A stretch of 64,000 bases of DNA, taken from Octopus bimaculoides (lineage: Eukaryota). A program made the position numbers and the translations under genes. The stretch spans positions 92,750,497 to 92,814,496 of the forward strand of contig NC_068981.1 of NCBI RefSeq assembly GCF_001194135.2. Reading direction: 5' to 3'. The notes beneath the pieces were generated by a model. That model searched no databases. It worked only from the letters and a program-made list of their open reading frames with translations, and was not told the DNA's origin. Below are positions 52,168-64,000 of this stretch, one piece after another (within the stretch, counting starts at the first letter, position 1; each line of letters begins with the position of its first letter).

Positions 52168-53470
52168 AATTAGGCAGAAAATGGAGAAGACTTTTCATCA
52201 AGAAACAAATTGACTACCATCGGCTTTTATTGTTTTGTACAAAAATTTAACATTGGTAACAGCCGTTTCTACTATCTATGTCAGCCGGTGCTGCCAAAGA
52301 AAATTATGAGAACATATTTGTCATCCTTTATAGCACATACGATATGGTATATGGAGCTTCAAGAGATTGGTGGATACAAACACTTAAAATAAAAGAAGAG
52401 GAAAGATGAAAGAACATAGCTTCGAGATGAGGAGAGCAGTTTTAATAAACTAGGATCATACCATTCTGCAGTGTAAAGCTTGAAGTCGATGACCAAATGA
52501 ATAAACTAGAAAAATAATTGGTGAGTTAATCTTTCTTTAGGGGTACCAGGGTGTATAAATAATGATAAAATGAAACAAGTACCTAAGTATAACTGGATTC
52601 CCCAATACGTCTAGAAAAAGAATAGATTTAGTATCATAATTTGAAGGTAAATGCCCTAGCAAATACCTCTCCTAACGGTAATCTCCCTTTAACTTTTAGC
52701 TATTTACTATCGCACGGTACCTTTCATGCTAGGTTGGTTTATAATAACACAAGCGGCCTTGGACCACTTATGATATAGGCTACTCCCCCACACTTCTATT
52801 TATTTCTTTATTTACATCTTCCCCTCTGACGGTATAAGTTGCCCTTGGTTTTAAATTAAACTGACCAGGGATGGCTGGACTTTGGTCAATTCCATTACAG
52901 ACAACCGGTGGTTGGTCTTTAGAATACATTAGTAAGTACACTATTGTAACAACTTTATGGGTATGTCTTGGATAAATATTAATTATTGCAATTTACGAAA
53001 TCATAAGTACTACTCTTTTTCTAAACCTTTTGGCGAATCCATGATACTTACGTACTAGTTTTATTTTCTTATTATTTATACACTCTGGTAACCCTGAAGA
53101 AAGATTAACCCACCAGTTATTTTTCTAGTTTATTCCTTTGCTCATCGACTTCAAGCTTTACACTGAAAAAGGTTTGATTCTAGTTTATTAAGCCTTCTTT
53201 CCTCATCTCGACGCCCTGTTCTTTCATCTTTCCTCTTCTCTTCTTTTATTTCATGTGTTTGTATCCACTCTGATGAAGGTCCATGTACCAGATCGAATGT
53301 GCTATAAAGGATGACGAATATTATTCTCATAATTTTCTTTGGCAGCATCGACTGACGTGGGTACCAGAAATGGCTGTTAGCAATGTTAACGTTTAGTATT
53401 TAAAAAAATAATAAGCGATGGCAGTCAGTTGGTTTGTTGATCAAAAGTTTTCTCCATTCTCTGCTTAATT
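52168..53470. mobile_element. Inverted pair of Penelope-like 3' end/pLTR segments (arms about 460 bp, spacer about 380 bp)
   Basis: 52168-52625 aligns by eye with the reverse complement of 53008-53470. Each arm, read outward, has ERLT..HRLQALH..G(L/M) resembling the GIY-YIG tail WI.RL.TL.P.GLN, then a pyrimidine tract and a hammerhead-like motif. Confidence 0.7.
53263..53312 (+). ncRNA. Hammerhead ribozyme remnant (probably inactive)
   Basis: CUGAUGA-A-GGUC cauguacca GAUC-GAAU-GUGCU-AUA-AAGGAU. Stem II pairs, GAAA has become GAAU, and stem I is only partial (AUCC/GGAU). Confidence 0.45.
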
Positions 53471-54816
53471 TATATATGCATATATATATATATATANNNN
53501 NNNNNNNNNNNNNNNNNNNNNNNNNNNNNNNNNNNNNNNNNNNNNNNNNNNNNNNNNNNNNNNNNNNNNNNNNNNNNNNNNNNNNNNNNNNNNNNNNNNN
53601 CATAAAGAGAGAGAGAAAATAAACAAAGAAAGAATAGTGTATATTCGTGCGTGTTTGGTTTTGCCTCTATATTCTGCATTTTCGAAGGAATATAATCTAA
53701 AATTGTATCTTAAATTTTATTTTTTTCTATCGTCTGAGCGTATGTAGAAATACTAAACGCAGTTATTTAGTTTATTATTTCGGAAATAAATTACTAAATG
53801 TTTTTTGTGAATTTACTTCCAAAATTTGTCATCAATTTCAGTTGAACTTGAATAAAATCAAGCTACCAAATTATTTTACTCGATTAATAATACTACTTTT
53901 GGCTATCACAATATTTGTCAATACTGATTGCACAGCTTCTTCATAAATATGTATGAAAAAAAAAAACTGCTCAATACAGAGAGAACTAAAGATCCAAGAG
54001 CACATTCAGACTAGCTTGCTTTGAAGAAGAGAAAATACATTAAAATACATTCAAAACAGAAAAGTGCTAAACGACAGCAGCGCATCTAATAGACATTAGC
54101 TAGAAATATCAAACATTTTCATATTGAAATATGCCTGCAGTTGTCTCCAGCGTACAGTCCGAATGTTTGAAAATTAGATTAATCTTTCCCTAGTATTATT
54201 ATTTTATATTCACAGAGTGCATATTTCTTTCGAGTTAGTTTTAAATGGTTTTAATGTTCCCTGCATTAAATACGCCAACGTTAACCGTTATTTTTTTATG
54301 TAGAAGGATTTTCCCGAATCCTATTACCATGCGTTTATTCTAATTATATCAATAATTCAACAAGCACGATGAAGCTATACTTCGCTTATTGAACGAAATA
54401 TGACCAGAGTTGTCTCTCTTTTCTGCGCCATACTGAAAATAATATTAGAAAGAATTTGAAATGTTTTTCCTACATTATACTCGCAGGTCATTAGTTAATG
54501 ATTGCATTTTTATTAAACACTCAATAGAGAGAAACCCACATACACAAACCAATAGTTTTAAAAGCATATATACATGTCTAAGCAAAAAGAAAAGACATGC
54601 ACATACGCAGATAAAAATACAAAACATACTATAAATTGGATCATGTGAAATACGTATCTTTTTTTTTTTTTTAACACAACAAAGATAATATGTATTGGAG
54701 TGCAACAAATGGAATGCTCTTTTGATCTAATTGCTAAACATTTAAATTCAGGGCATTTTTAACCAAATATACTCTTTGATTTAGAACGCTATATTATTGT
54801 GCCGATTTAGCAAATG

Positions 54817-54859
<43 letters not shown>

Positions 54860-54862
<3 letters not shown>

Positions 54863-54925
54863 CTTCTATTATCTTTTACTTGTTTCAGTCATTAGGCTCC
54901 GGCCATGCTGGGGCACCACCTCAAA
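54860..54925 (-). mobile_element. SINE 3' tip (20557 family)
   Basis: ttttacttgtttcagtcatt..ggccatgctggggcacc matches 20570-20612. Confidence 0.7.
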
Positions 54926-55221
54926 GATATATATATAATTCGAGAATTACTATTATACGGTAATATAATCTTCAGGTATGCTAATTTCAAAATTGTTCTC
55001 ATTAATCTGCCAAATTGAACATAATTACTGTTGTCTACGTAGTTTTTCTACCCAGAAAAAAAAATTGAACTTTATTTTGAAGCGTGCCAGTGATTCGAAT
55101 TTCTCCGTATCTTATTCACTAAATAAGTGAATCAATGGAAGTCTTTCATTCTGGAAAATTAGTGATTTGTATGTCGTTGTATCAACAGGCGTACTTAATC
55201 ATTCTATGCCGTGGCACTCAC

Positions 55222-55432
55222 TGAAAGCCCATAAAGCTGTTGCAAGCAGCAGCCTTGCAGCCTACTAGGATTCCAAGGAGTGGGAAACCTCTCTAGCATG
55301 GTAGAGACATATTTCCTCTTCGACAGGAAGTGAACTAGTAGACGTTTGACGGTATGTCGTGTTTCACGAAACATAGTTCTTCGATACTCGATGTCATCAA
55401 CAGAATCACGATTCGTGTATAAAGTACCATAG
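55222..55432 (-). CDS. Candidate internal exon (211 nt, phase 2 to 0) of an unidentified host gene
   Basis: Acceptor ttcttttctattctag and donor TCA|GTGAGT. Open frame YGTLYTNRDSVDDIEYRRTMFRETRHTVKRLLVHFLSKRKYVSTMLERFPTPWNPSRLQGCCLQQLYGLS, non-repetitive and GC-richer than the flanks. Confidence 0.6.
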
Positions 55433-55565
55433 CTAGAATAGAAAAGAACATTCAGTAATTCATCTGTACGTACGTACACACATACACACATACAAGAGAT
55501 ATGTAGATATAAGCTTATACGTATATTCACACATTCATACATACATACACACATACATACATACA

Positions 55566-55596
<31 letters not shown>

Positions 55597-55679
55597 GAGA
55601 ACTGCTTGGAAACGTTTAGTCAATCATTTTGACTCAGTACGTAATTATTTTATAACGTCTTACTTATTTCCTTAGTCTC

Positions 55680-55925
55680 CGTTTTAGCGAACAGTTAAGT
55701 TACAAAGACGTAAACATAAACCGGTTGTCAAGCGGTGGCGGGATGCAAACACACACACACGCACACACACACACACTCACACACACACACAGACATACAT
55801 GCCCATATATGTTACGGGCTTCTTTTGATTCTCGTCTACGAAATCCACTCACAAGGATACACAATTGCCCAATATTCCACGCAATTATGTTGTTCAGAAG
55901 CAAACACTTAACCACACAGCCACGC
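55680..55925 (-). mobile_element. SINE (20557 family), decayed
   Basis: taagttac..gacgtaaac..ggttgtcaagcg..aaatccactcacaagg..aaccacacagccacgc. Confidence 0.75.
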
Positions 55926-56356
55926 AAATAGCGATACAGTGAATTGACTAAAATACATAAAAATAAAGAGTACACGGATCAGTTACCTAGAGAACGCTTT
56001 TAGATTTACTATAGTTAGCTTTTTATAACGTAGCAGCAAACTTCGCTCCCTAATTTTATTTTATTTTAGTTTGTTATTTTTTTCATCTTCAATTCCTGAA
56101 TCTCTTAATTCCTACTCAGCTATTTATCCTTAAAGTTGATTCTATCTGTGTCGAGCAAATCTAGATCTGCTCAGGGCTTCTCTGGCTACTATGCTTTTTG
56201 TGTACGTAAATATTTCCCTTAAGAAAGATATACGAAATAATTATCTAGACTATGTTAGTAGACTTACTAAAGGTAGAGTTTAACAATATAGATGCAAATT
56301 CCACCCACTTTTAAAACAATTTTCCTATCTTTAGTCCAGTTCCTATTCTTCGAATT

Positions 56357-56653
56357 GTGGAGGCGCAATGGCCCAGTGGTTAGGGCAGCAGACTCGTGGT
56401 CATAAGCTCGCGGTTTCGATTCCCAGTCCGGGCGTTGTATTATTTCACCACAACTTTATCTCACTCTTTCTATCTGTTTCTGTTGTACCTGTATTTTAAA
56501 GGGCCCGCCTTGTCACATTGCGTCACGTTGAATATCCCCGAGAACTACGTTATGGGTACATGTGTCTGTGGAGTGCTCAGCCACGAGCAGGCTGTTCCGT
56601 TTATCGAACCAACTGGAACACTCGACGTCGTAAGCGATGGAGTGCCAACAACA
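56357..56653 (+). mobile_element. tRNA-derived SINE ('ggaggcgcaatggcccagtggttagg' family) with 12-bp TSD
   Basis: A and B boxes and a (CAA) tail. TSD attcttcgaatt (56345-56356) / attcttctaatt (56654-56665). Confidence 0.9.
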
Positions 56654-58520
56654 ATTCTTCTAATTACTCGTACACTGTCTATCTTATACCGCTTGTGGTG
56701 AAACATATCTTGACCTAGTAAGCGCTTCTCTAAAAACTAAGTTTATTGTCATGCCATTCCCTTTAAAAGTTAAGGGTCCATATAGGATAAAATGATAACA
56801 TACTTTATTGCCATATCGTATTACACATCAACCCCTACTATCTTCTACATGAAACACACACATCCCTCTTCTAAATTAACCAAGAATCAAACACCGAACT
56901 CTTCTGTTCGATTGAAAAACCCGTATTGGTAATATGAGTAAAGGGATCTATGAATTAGAAACACACGTCAGATAGGGATTTAAAGTGAATGCATTGTATA
57001 TAATACAGTGATAAAGAAGCTTTCAAAAGATATATAATGTATGGAGGGGTGTATTTTTGTGTAGAGAAATCAGTGTGTATATGTGTACTCATTTTATTTT
57101 CCAAGCTTTGAATATATTGGTCGGAAAACTGAAGTTATCCAGTAGTCAAAGCTGCGTGTGTGTGAGAGACAGAGAGAGACAAATATAGTGTGCATCTGAG
57201 TGTGGTGTGTGTGTCTGAGTGTTGTCTATGTGTCTGAGTGTGGTGTGTGTGTATTTAAGTGTTTGTATGTGAGCGTACGCACAACACTCACACATATAGT
57301 CTCACATTCCTTTTATATTTTATATCTAAAATAAAAAGAAACAGGCATCAAAGTCATTGATGTCTTAGTATCGAACTCTTCATTTGAAATATGATCGAAA
57401 ATCTAATGTAACTTAGCTGCTCTGCTGAACATTCTTTTGTATGTTTTCATAGCAAGCAAAACGCGTTTCAACTCTAAAACATTTAGAGGTTTGATATTTC
57501 TATAACGGTCGAATAAATTGCAATTGTCGCAAGATATATATCACAAAGGTTTCGAAACACAAATAGTAAATGATCCATGTTATGAAAATGTTAGTTTCTT
57601 TTTATCAGTGTTTCCCTTCCTCCTCCAACATGGATGCACAAATAGATATATTTCCTATATGCATGTGTATGTCTGTATGTATGCATGTATGTATGTATGT
57701 ATGTATGTATGCATGTATGTATGTATGTATGTATGCATGCACGTATGTATGCCTGCATGTATGTATGTACGTATGTGTGTATGCGCTTATATGTGTGTGG
57801 ATACGTGTGTGTGTGTGTGTGCAGAAATGCATACAAAATAATCAGTAGTGCGCGAAGAACTACTTTTCTGGAATTGTATGTTTTATACATTGTAGATTAC
57901 AATTCTCAAAACATTTATTCCGACTGTTTTTTCCGATTTCTGTTTTAAAGATCTGTGATTTTAATTCTATTGAGAGCACAACTATCAAGATTCATAAAAC
58001 AGTTCTACAATTTGCTGGAAGTACTGCCATGCGGACTAATACCACATATGTTTGGGGAGACCGTTGAGCAAAGCGGGTGAGAAATTTTACAAAGTATGTA
58101 AGCTGTTCCAATAAATGAAAGCATACAAAAATGATTTTGTATTAACATACATTCGTTAAAATCATATAATGTTTCGAGAAAGATTCTTCTTTCCATACAA
58201 CAGAAAGAAAATAATGATTAACCCACCAAAAACTGCAATAGCCTGCAGATAACAAACGCTAATGATTGAAAAGGAAAAAATATAACATTCTAAAACTATA
58301 AAATAATCATAACTGTTGATGATTAAAACATAAAACTATGAAAACAAAGAAGAAATCGATAATAGTCACATCTAAAAGTAAACAGAAATACATAGAAGCA
58401 AACTGGGGAGAAGTGTTACTCAACAACAATCCAGATTTTCTAATGTTTTTCCACAATTGTAATCTACGATGCTTAATTCATGCGCGTCCCAAAAATATGA
58501 GTTCCTTTGTAATGAGTAAA

Positions 58521-58521
<1 letters not shown>

Positions 58522-58601
<80 letters not shown>

Positions 58602-58701
58602 ACACACACATACACACACGCACACACTCAAACACACGCACGCACATATGTATGTATATGTGTATGTATGTGTGCGTGTGAGTTTATGCTTGCGTGTAAG
58701 T

Positions 58702-58758
<57 letters not shown>

Positions 58759-58759
58759 C

Positions 58760-58799
<40 letters not shown>

Positions 58800-58800
58800 T
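58522..58800 (+). repeat. (CA)n and (AGT)n microsatellites
   Basis: Direct reading. Confidence 0.97.
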
Positions 58801-58949
58801 GGTCATATTTCGATCGCGTGCTCTCACCATGTAACTGTATACTTCTTAGTGAGTCTTCTATAGTTTACTGCTTTGCTTTGTTTTGGCATTGTTTTATATT
58901 TTCTTTACCATTAATATTATTCCTCTTAATATGTGCACGTTGTATCTTT

Positions 58950-59400
58950 GTAGTGCTTTTTAAAACTATATAACATAACAATTGAATGCTGTTTATTAAT
59001 ACATAGCCTTGTCTTTTGGTTATGTATTTGCCTACATCTGTCTTAATAATTTCCAAGTCACTTAATTATAGTAAGAGATTTTGTGTTTCGCTTTAACCAA
59101 AACCAACCTATTTCCAATATTTGTTTCCAGGTCCTTATATTTGGATATTTTTAGTTGTTTTAGATTTACACCATTATCTGTGGGTACTCATAACATCAGT
59201 TAGAAGGCAGTGACATTCTTTGTTGTCATTGATAGTAATATGTGACAAACCAGCATTGAATTGCCTGCAGCTGTACACACTCAATTATGTCATACATGTG
59301 CGTGTATTATTTCTTGGTCATAAGCGAACAACCAGGGCGGTACAGGTATTTGTTTCTAGTTTTGACATATTCTGCAGTTCGTATATTAGGGAGCAACTTA
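58950..59400 (-). mobile_element. R4/Dong-like 3' remnant
   Basis: Minus: KISKYKDLETNIG, LEIIKTDVGKYIT, preceded by a decayed C..C/IQC region. Confidence 0.6.
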
Positions 59401-59599
59401 CCACATACAGCTAGGGTATTCTTCTGAATCTCCACTCTTCCTCGGAGAGGGCTGGGGGTTCAAGGAAATAGAACTAACGGTGGGATCAGGTGGTAGAAGA
59501 TGCAAATTACGGTGATAACTGTTGTAAAGCAACGGTAATGAGGACAAAGTAATAGAACAAAGGATATGATGTGGATACGCAGAACCGTGGTGCAATTGT

Positions 59600-61000
59600 G
59601 CGAATGTAATTGGTAGGTGGATGTTGGCAAATACGCATAAAGAAATTTCTCGGAACTCCATTGACTAGATTTTATCGTAAAGTCAAAAGTGTATAATTAA
59701 GGATCAAACAGAAATGGAGTAATATGAGTATAGTACAGAAGGACTTTGTGTGAATGATATTAATCGCAAGTGTGTGAACTGGACGTAAGAATCAATCGAT
59801 CTTAAAAAATATACAGAAGGAGAGGTACGAAACAATTTCAGAAGTATGTAAGTAATTGACAGAAGTATTCGACCACGTTCGATGAAGGAGGTGACCTGAT
59901 CTTTTGTGAGAGAGAGTTTTTCAATGATGCTCTCGTCAATATAACGAACATAGAAATCAGGAATATAGCTAACATATTGGCATATACGGGGTCTGTGTTT
60001 AGGTTTATGACATAATTAATGGCACGATAAAGACTCATTTTGATACGCATTTTTAATTTGGCGTTCTGGCAGTAGAACTCATAAGCAAAGAGAAGATTAA
60101 CGTGAGAATGACTTTAACGAGTGTGCAAAAGATTTAGCTACAGCTATTAATGTTAGGAAAGCTAAGCATTTGTTAAAGCAGAAGGATGATGATGTTAAAA
60201 GATTTTGTGCACATTATCTGGCATATTTTGAAGGTTTCAGAGAGAATGCTTTAAAAAACGATAGACATATTGCTGCGGATGTCGGATGCCAAGACAAAGA
60301 ACCTAACGTAGACAGAGTAGCTTCGGTTTATATTTTTTCTTAGGTCTATATTGCTTCGTCAATCTTACGAATGTGGAGGCGCAATGGCCGAGTGGTTAGG
60401 GCAGCGGTTTCGATACCCAGACCGGGCGTTGTGAGTGTTTATTGAGCGAAAACACCTAAAGCTCCACGAGGCTCCGGCAGGGGATGGTGGCGAACCCTGC
60501 TGTACTCTTTCACCACAACTCAATCTTACTTCCTGTCTCTGTTGTGCCTGTAATTCAAAGGGCCAGCCTTGTCACACTCTGTCACGCTGAATCTCCCCGA
60601 GAACTCCGTTAAGGGTACACGTGTCTGTGGAGTGCTCAGCCACTTGCAGGTTAATTTCACGAGCCGGCTGTTCCGTTGATCGGATCAACTGGAACCCTCG
60701 ACGTCGCAAGCGACGGAGTGCCTGTAACAACAACAATCTTACGAATAAGATCTTTTTTCTCAACAAGGTCGCCCTCTGCCTCTTTAAATATGTTAAGTTT
60801 TGTTGCTGTTTCTTAACATTTTGTAACTTTATGATTTTGTTGTACACTGCAGATATTTATTTGTTCTCGTATCTAGACTATTTTAGGCAGAATGTCCTCC
60901 CAGTCAACGACCAGCGTAAGCATGTTGTTTTGAACAATATTATCTTTACCCCGACTCTTCCCTCTCTATAGTACTTCTCTAAATTTTCTCAATTTTCTTG
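59600..61000 (-). mobile_element. Old Penelope-like RT remnant interrupted by a SINE
   Basis: Minus, in order: GRP-like (about 60770), LASDIRS (about 60290), FCTLVKVIL..FYCQ..MRIKMS (for FYLQ..G.AMGTKMAP), TDPVYANM. Confidence 0.5.
60373..60733 (+). mobile_element. tRNA-derived SINE (same family as 56357) with perfect 13-bp TSD
   Basis: TSD caatcttacgaat at 60360-60372 and 60734-60746; (CAA)n tail. Confidence 0.93.
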
Positions 61001-62159
61001 GCGTACTGATTTATATTTTATTTGCAATTTCTTAATGATAAAATTATTTGTGATTGAAATAAGCTATTTGTTTTCCATAACGGTGGGTTCTTTACAATTT
61101 AGCGAGGATTTGTTATTTCATGTTTTCTCTTTGTTGTATAAGTCAGTTTTTTTTTATTTTTCATTTGAGTTTTTCTTATTGATTTTGCTGCAGATTATGT
61201 GACGTTTTCTTTTGTTTTTTTTTAACCTTTTTACGTGTTTCTTTCCCGCGCTGTTTGCTTGATTTTCATATAAACAAATCTGAAGGAGTGCTCACTTAAT
61301 TCGCAACTTTTTAGCGGTTACATTATTAAATTCATCTTGGTGATAGTGATGTTGGCATCAGTTTACATTAACTCTCAGACGGCCAGGTTTGCGGAATGTT
61401 CTATTATTGTTTTTTTCCTTTTTTATAGTTAAGATGTTTTCGTTGATAGATAGGAAGAGTTATTGATTTTAATTCTTTAATTATTCCCATCTATTATTGT
61501 TGCGTTCATGATTTCAATCTTTAGTATTTTCTATTCTTGAATATTTTAATATCCCTTTTCTTCAAGATTTTGTGTGTTTTCTGGTTCCGTTTATGGTGAT
61601 GATTATATTGTTGTTCCTTTAGGGTTTAATTTAGTTATTTGCTTTGGTTTGCGTGTGTTAATTCCATGTTCACTGTTTTTGCATTTTTGCATGTTGTTCC
61701 CATTTTTGCAACATATTTGTCTTTTACTAGTTTGCTTAAATTCTTTATGTATTTCTGTTTATTAATTTAATCTGCATGTTCTGGAATTAACTTGTCTGTT
61801 GGAATTCAAACTTAATTTTAGACACGAAATATTTCCTTTCTAAATTTTGCAAGGAAGATTTTCGTGAAAACTTCGAAGTTTGTGCTGTGAATAGCAGAAA
61901 AATAGGCATGGTCAATAAACACATACGCAATTTCGCTTACACTTCTACTGTTCTGCTTGTTGGCTTTGAGAAAAAACTTCTAAAACTCCATTTGAATTAT
62001 CATTTTTTCATCATTTACCTTTTTTTTCTTATTTATTTGAAACGAGGAGGGTATTTGCATGTTCATATCTTATATTTTGTGCGCCTCAGATTCAATGTAC
62101 ACATTTACTTTTGTCGAATGCAACAGTTTTCCTTGCAATCATTAGTCACATTTTGTGAA

Positions 62160-63800
62160 TGCTGAATCGAGCTCTGTAACATGAGATCTGACTCGTGCTA
62201 CGTGAATTTATTTACATGAGATGGTTAGTCGTCGACGAGCGAAAGCATTTGTAATATATTTCTTATATGCAACAAACGTTGGCAATTCACAAATATATTT
62301 GTCCTCAGGCGTTTTGTGGTCTGAGAGTCCAGTAGAGCCAGAATAGTTTCTGAGAATGTGCACTTTCAGGTGTTTCTGAAAATTACAGTCGAAATATTAT
62401 TATTGTGCCTGACGTCATACTTATGCCCAGTGAATATTTAATTGCATTTCTGTGCAACAAACATGATTCTAATTGAATTTGATGCATTTCACTGCGTACA
62501 ACAAATGGAAATGTTTACACGTCCCACCTTCAGGATAAATCAGAATACTTTTGTAATGATTTGTGATGGTATTGACTTCACTCATGTTGCTGGACAACAA
62601 ACCGGACTGACCTCTCTTGCAGATGGTAGTTTTATTGGTGTTAGAGTTAGTGGTTAATTGCTCTCTTATAATTGTATTGTGTATGGAGGCAACAATAGGC
62701 GGATGAGATAATATTTGTTTGAAACGGGGATATTTCGTTGAAATATGCTGGTAACTTTCATCCAAGACTTTTGAAATGCCAGAGAAATTGCGCTGCGAGT
62801 TAATCACTAAAAAGATTTGATCACAAAATTTTACTTTGGCTGCTGACATTATCCGTGAATGTTGGATTTTCCGTGCTGATTTTAGCTATGTCATTTGCGA
62901 TTTACTCTAATCGTGATTAACTGTAATCGCGTTTAATATAACGGCGTACAAAAGCATTTGCGTGTTTCCAGTAATCTCCTGTACAAATCCGTTTTATCAT
63001 CGAAAACTGGGATTTCGGATTTGACTTAATTGTGCGATGTGCATGATTGGGGTGACGGTGAAGGTAAATATGGGAGCTTGTCTCTTTGCAAATAACTCGC
63101 TTCAAATTCCGTTTTCCGAAAACTAAACTTTTCTGTCCAAAAACTCAACGCTAGATATTGAAAAACTCAACGTGAATTTTTCACCGTAACAGTCACAGAA
63201 ATGCAAGAAGTTCACTTAGCTGTCTTGCGATCCTTCTCAGACAAACACGATATCATCATTGAACCGTAACTTGAGTATTAGTCCATGGCTGTGCAGAGAT
63301 CTGAATGTTTCTATTATATGTAGCTGATATTCCCTAATAATGTCGTTATTGTTCTTAACTGCCCCTGACCTATCCATGGCGCAACACATTGTCTGATGGT
63401 AATGTTTTTGTCCAAGTTTAATTGTGTTACATGCTAACACAAACTTCAATAATTTACAGAGAAAAGTAGATGGAATACTGTTGTTTCACCGTTTTTCAAA
63501 ACCACTAATGCACGCTTCCACATCTCATTATGGTCAATATTTGGATGCAGTGAAGAAACGTCAATGGTTACCAAATCACAGTACTCGACATTACTTCAGT
63601 GCTTAGAAAAACTGTTAATTTTGGGCACAAGGTCAAAAGTACACCGAATATAAGAACTGGATCGTTTTGCTACAAGGAATAGAAAGCCATCTAGCCACGC
63701 CGAAATTTTGGTTTTTAACGTTGCTGAAGAAGTCGGCCCTTGTAATTTAGAAACACATTAGTGATGCGCAAAGATGCATCCAAAGTATATCTATTCACAA
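62160..63800 (-). mobile_element. Penelope-like element, RT plus GIY-YIG, degraded
   Basis: Minus: ISAWLDGFL..SSYIRCT; LVTIDVSSLHPNIDH; KFVLACN..KHYHQTMCCAMD; CKETSSHIYLH..HAHRTIKSNPKSQFSMIKRIC; HPPIVAS; GTCKHFHLLYAVKCIKFN. All are in the canonical PLE order. Confidence 0.85.
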
Positions 63801-64000
63801 GAATCTCCACCTCGTGCGATACATCATCATAGACAGCATGTGTAATGAAGCTTGGCGTGGGTGAAGCCCGGATCAATTTCAATAAATGAAATGTCTTCGA
63901 TAGGGATGACGACCAATATTTGACGGCCGTTTTCGCGCCAGCCGGTTACAGTTCCCTATTCCAGTTGGATTACCGCAATGTACAGCGACATCTAATGGGT

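Noticed and set aside
56357-56430. tRNA-like heads (also 60373, 21074 and 7488)
   Set aside because: No complete cloverleaf, and each continues into a SINE body and tail, so they are not tRNA genes.
46-58973. Homopolymeric or dipeptide ORFs (poly-L, M, T, E, S, V; HT/CV/YI repeats) in the ORF track
   Set aside because: They are translations of microsatellites, with no coding evidence.
62110-62155. CUAAUGA..GAAAAC at the expected pLTR position of the 62160 PLE
   Set aside because: The core is mutated and stems II and III are not formable. It is at best an unrecognisable remnant.

Overview
AT-rich eukaryotic scaffold with about ten N-gaps and very dense microsatellites. The mix of SINEs, microsatellites and LINEs looks like an octopus (coleoid cephalopod) draft genome; this is inference from composition only. 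The window is mostly transposon remnants: (1) about nine R4/Dong-like non-LTR pieces (RT + CCHC + restriction-like endonuclease), including four head-to-tail 3' ends at 34.9-37.6 kb, most next to trinucleotide microsatellites; (2) several Penelope-like elements (RT + GIY-YIG), with one fully canonical minimal hammerhead ribozyme (9685-9732, minus) and two decayed ones; (3) a Tc1 transposase with DD36E spacing, an internally deleted mariner with both TIRs, and a mariner remnant; (4) many tRNA-derived SINEs, two with clear target-site duplications; (5) a ~475-bp foldback palindrome and other inverted repeats. A few short, GC-richer open segments bounded by AG/GT on the minus strand (about 47-58 kb) may be exons of a host gene that I cannot identify. 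No rRNA, true tRNA gene, CRISPR array or intact TE ORF is supported. I see no clearly novel system; the best leads are the hammerheads, the microsatellite-associated R4/Dong cluster and the candidate gene.
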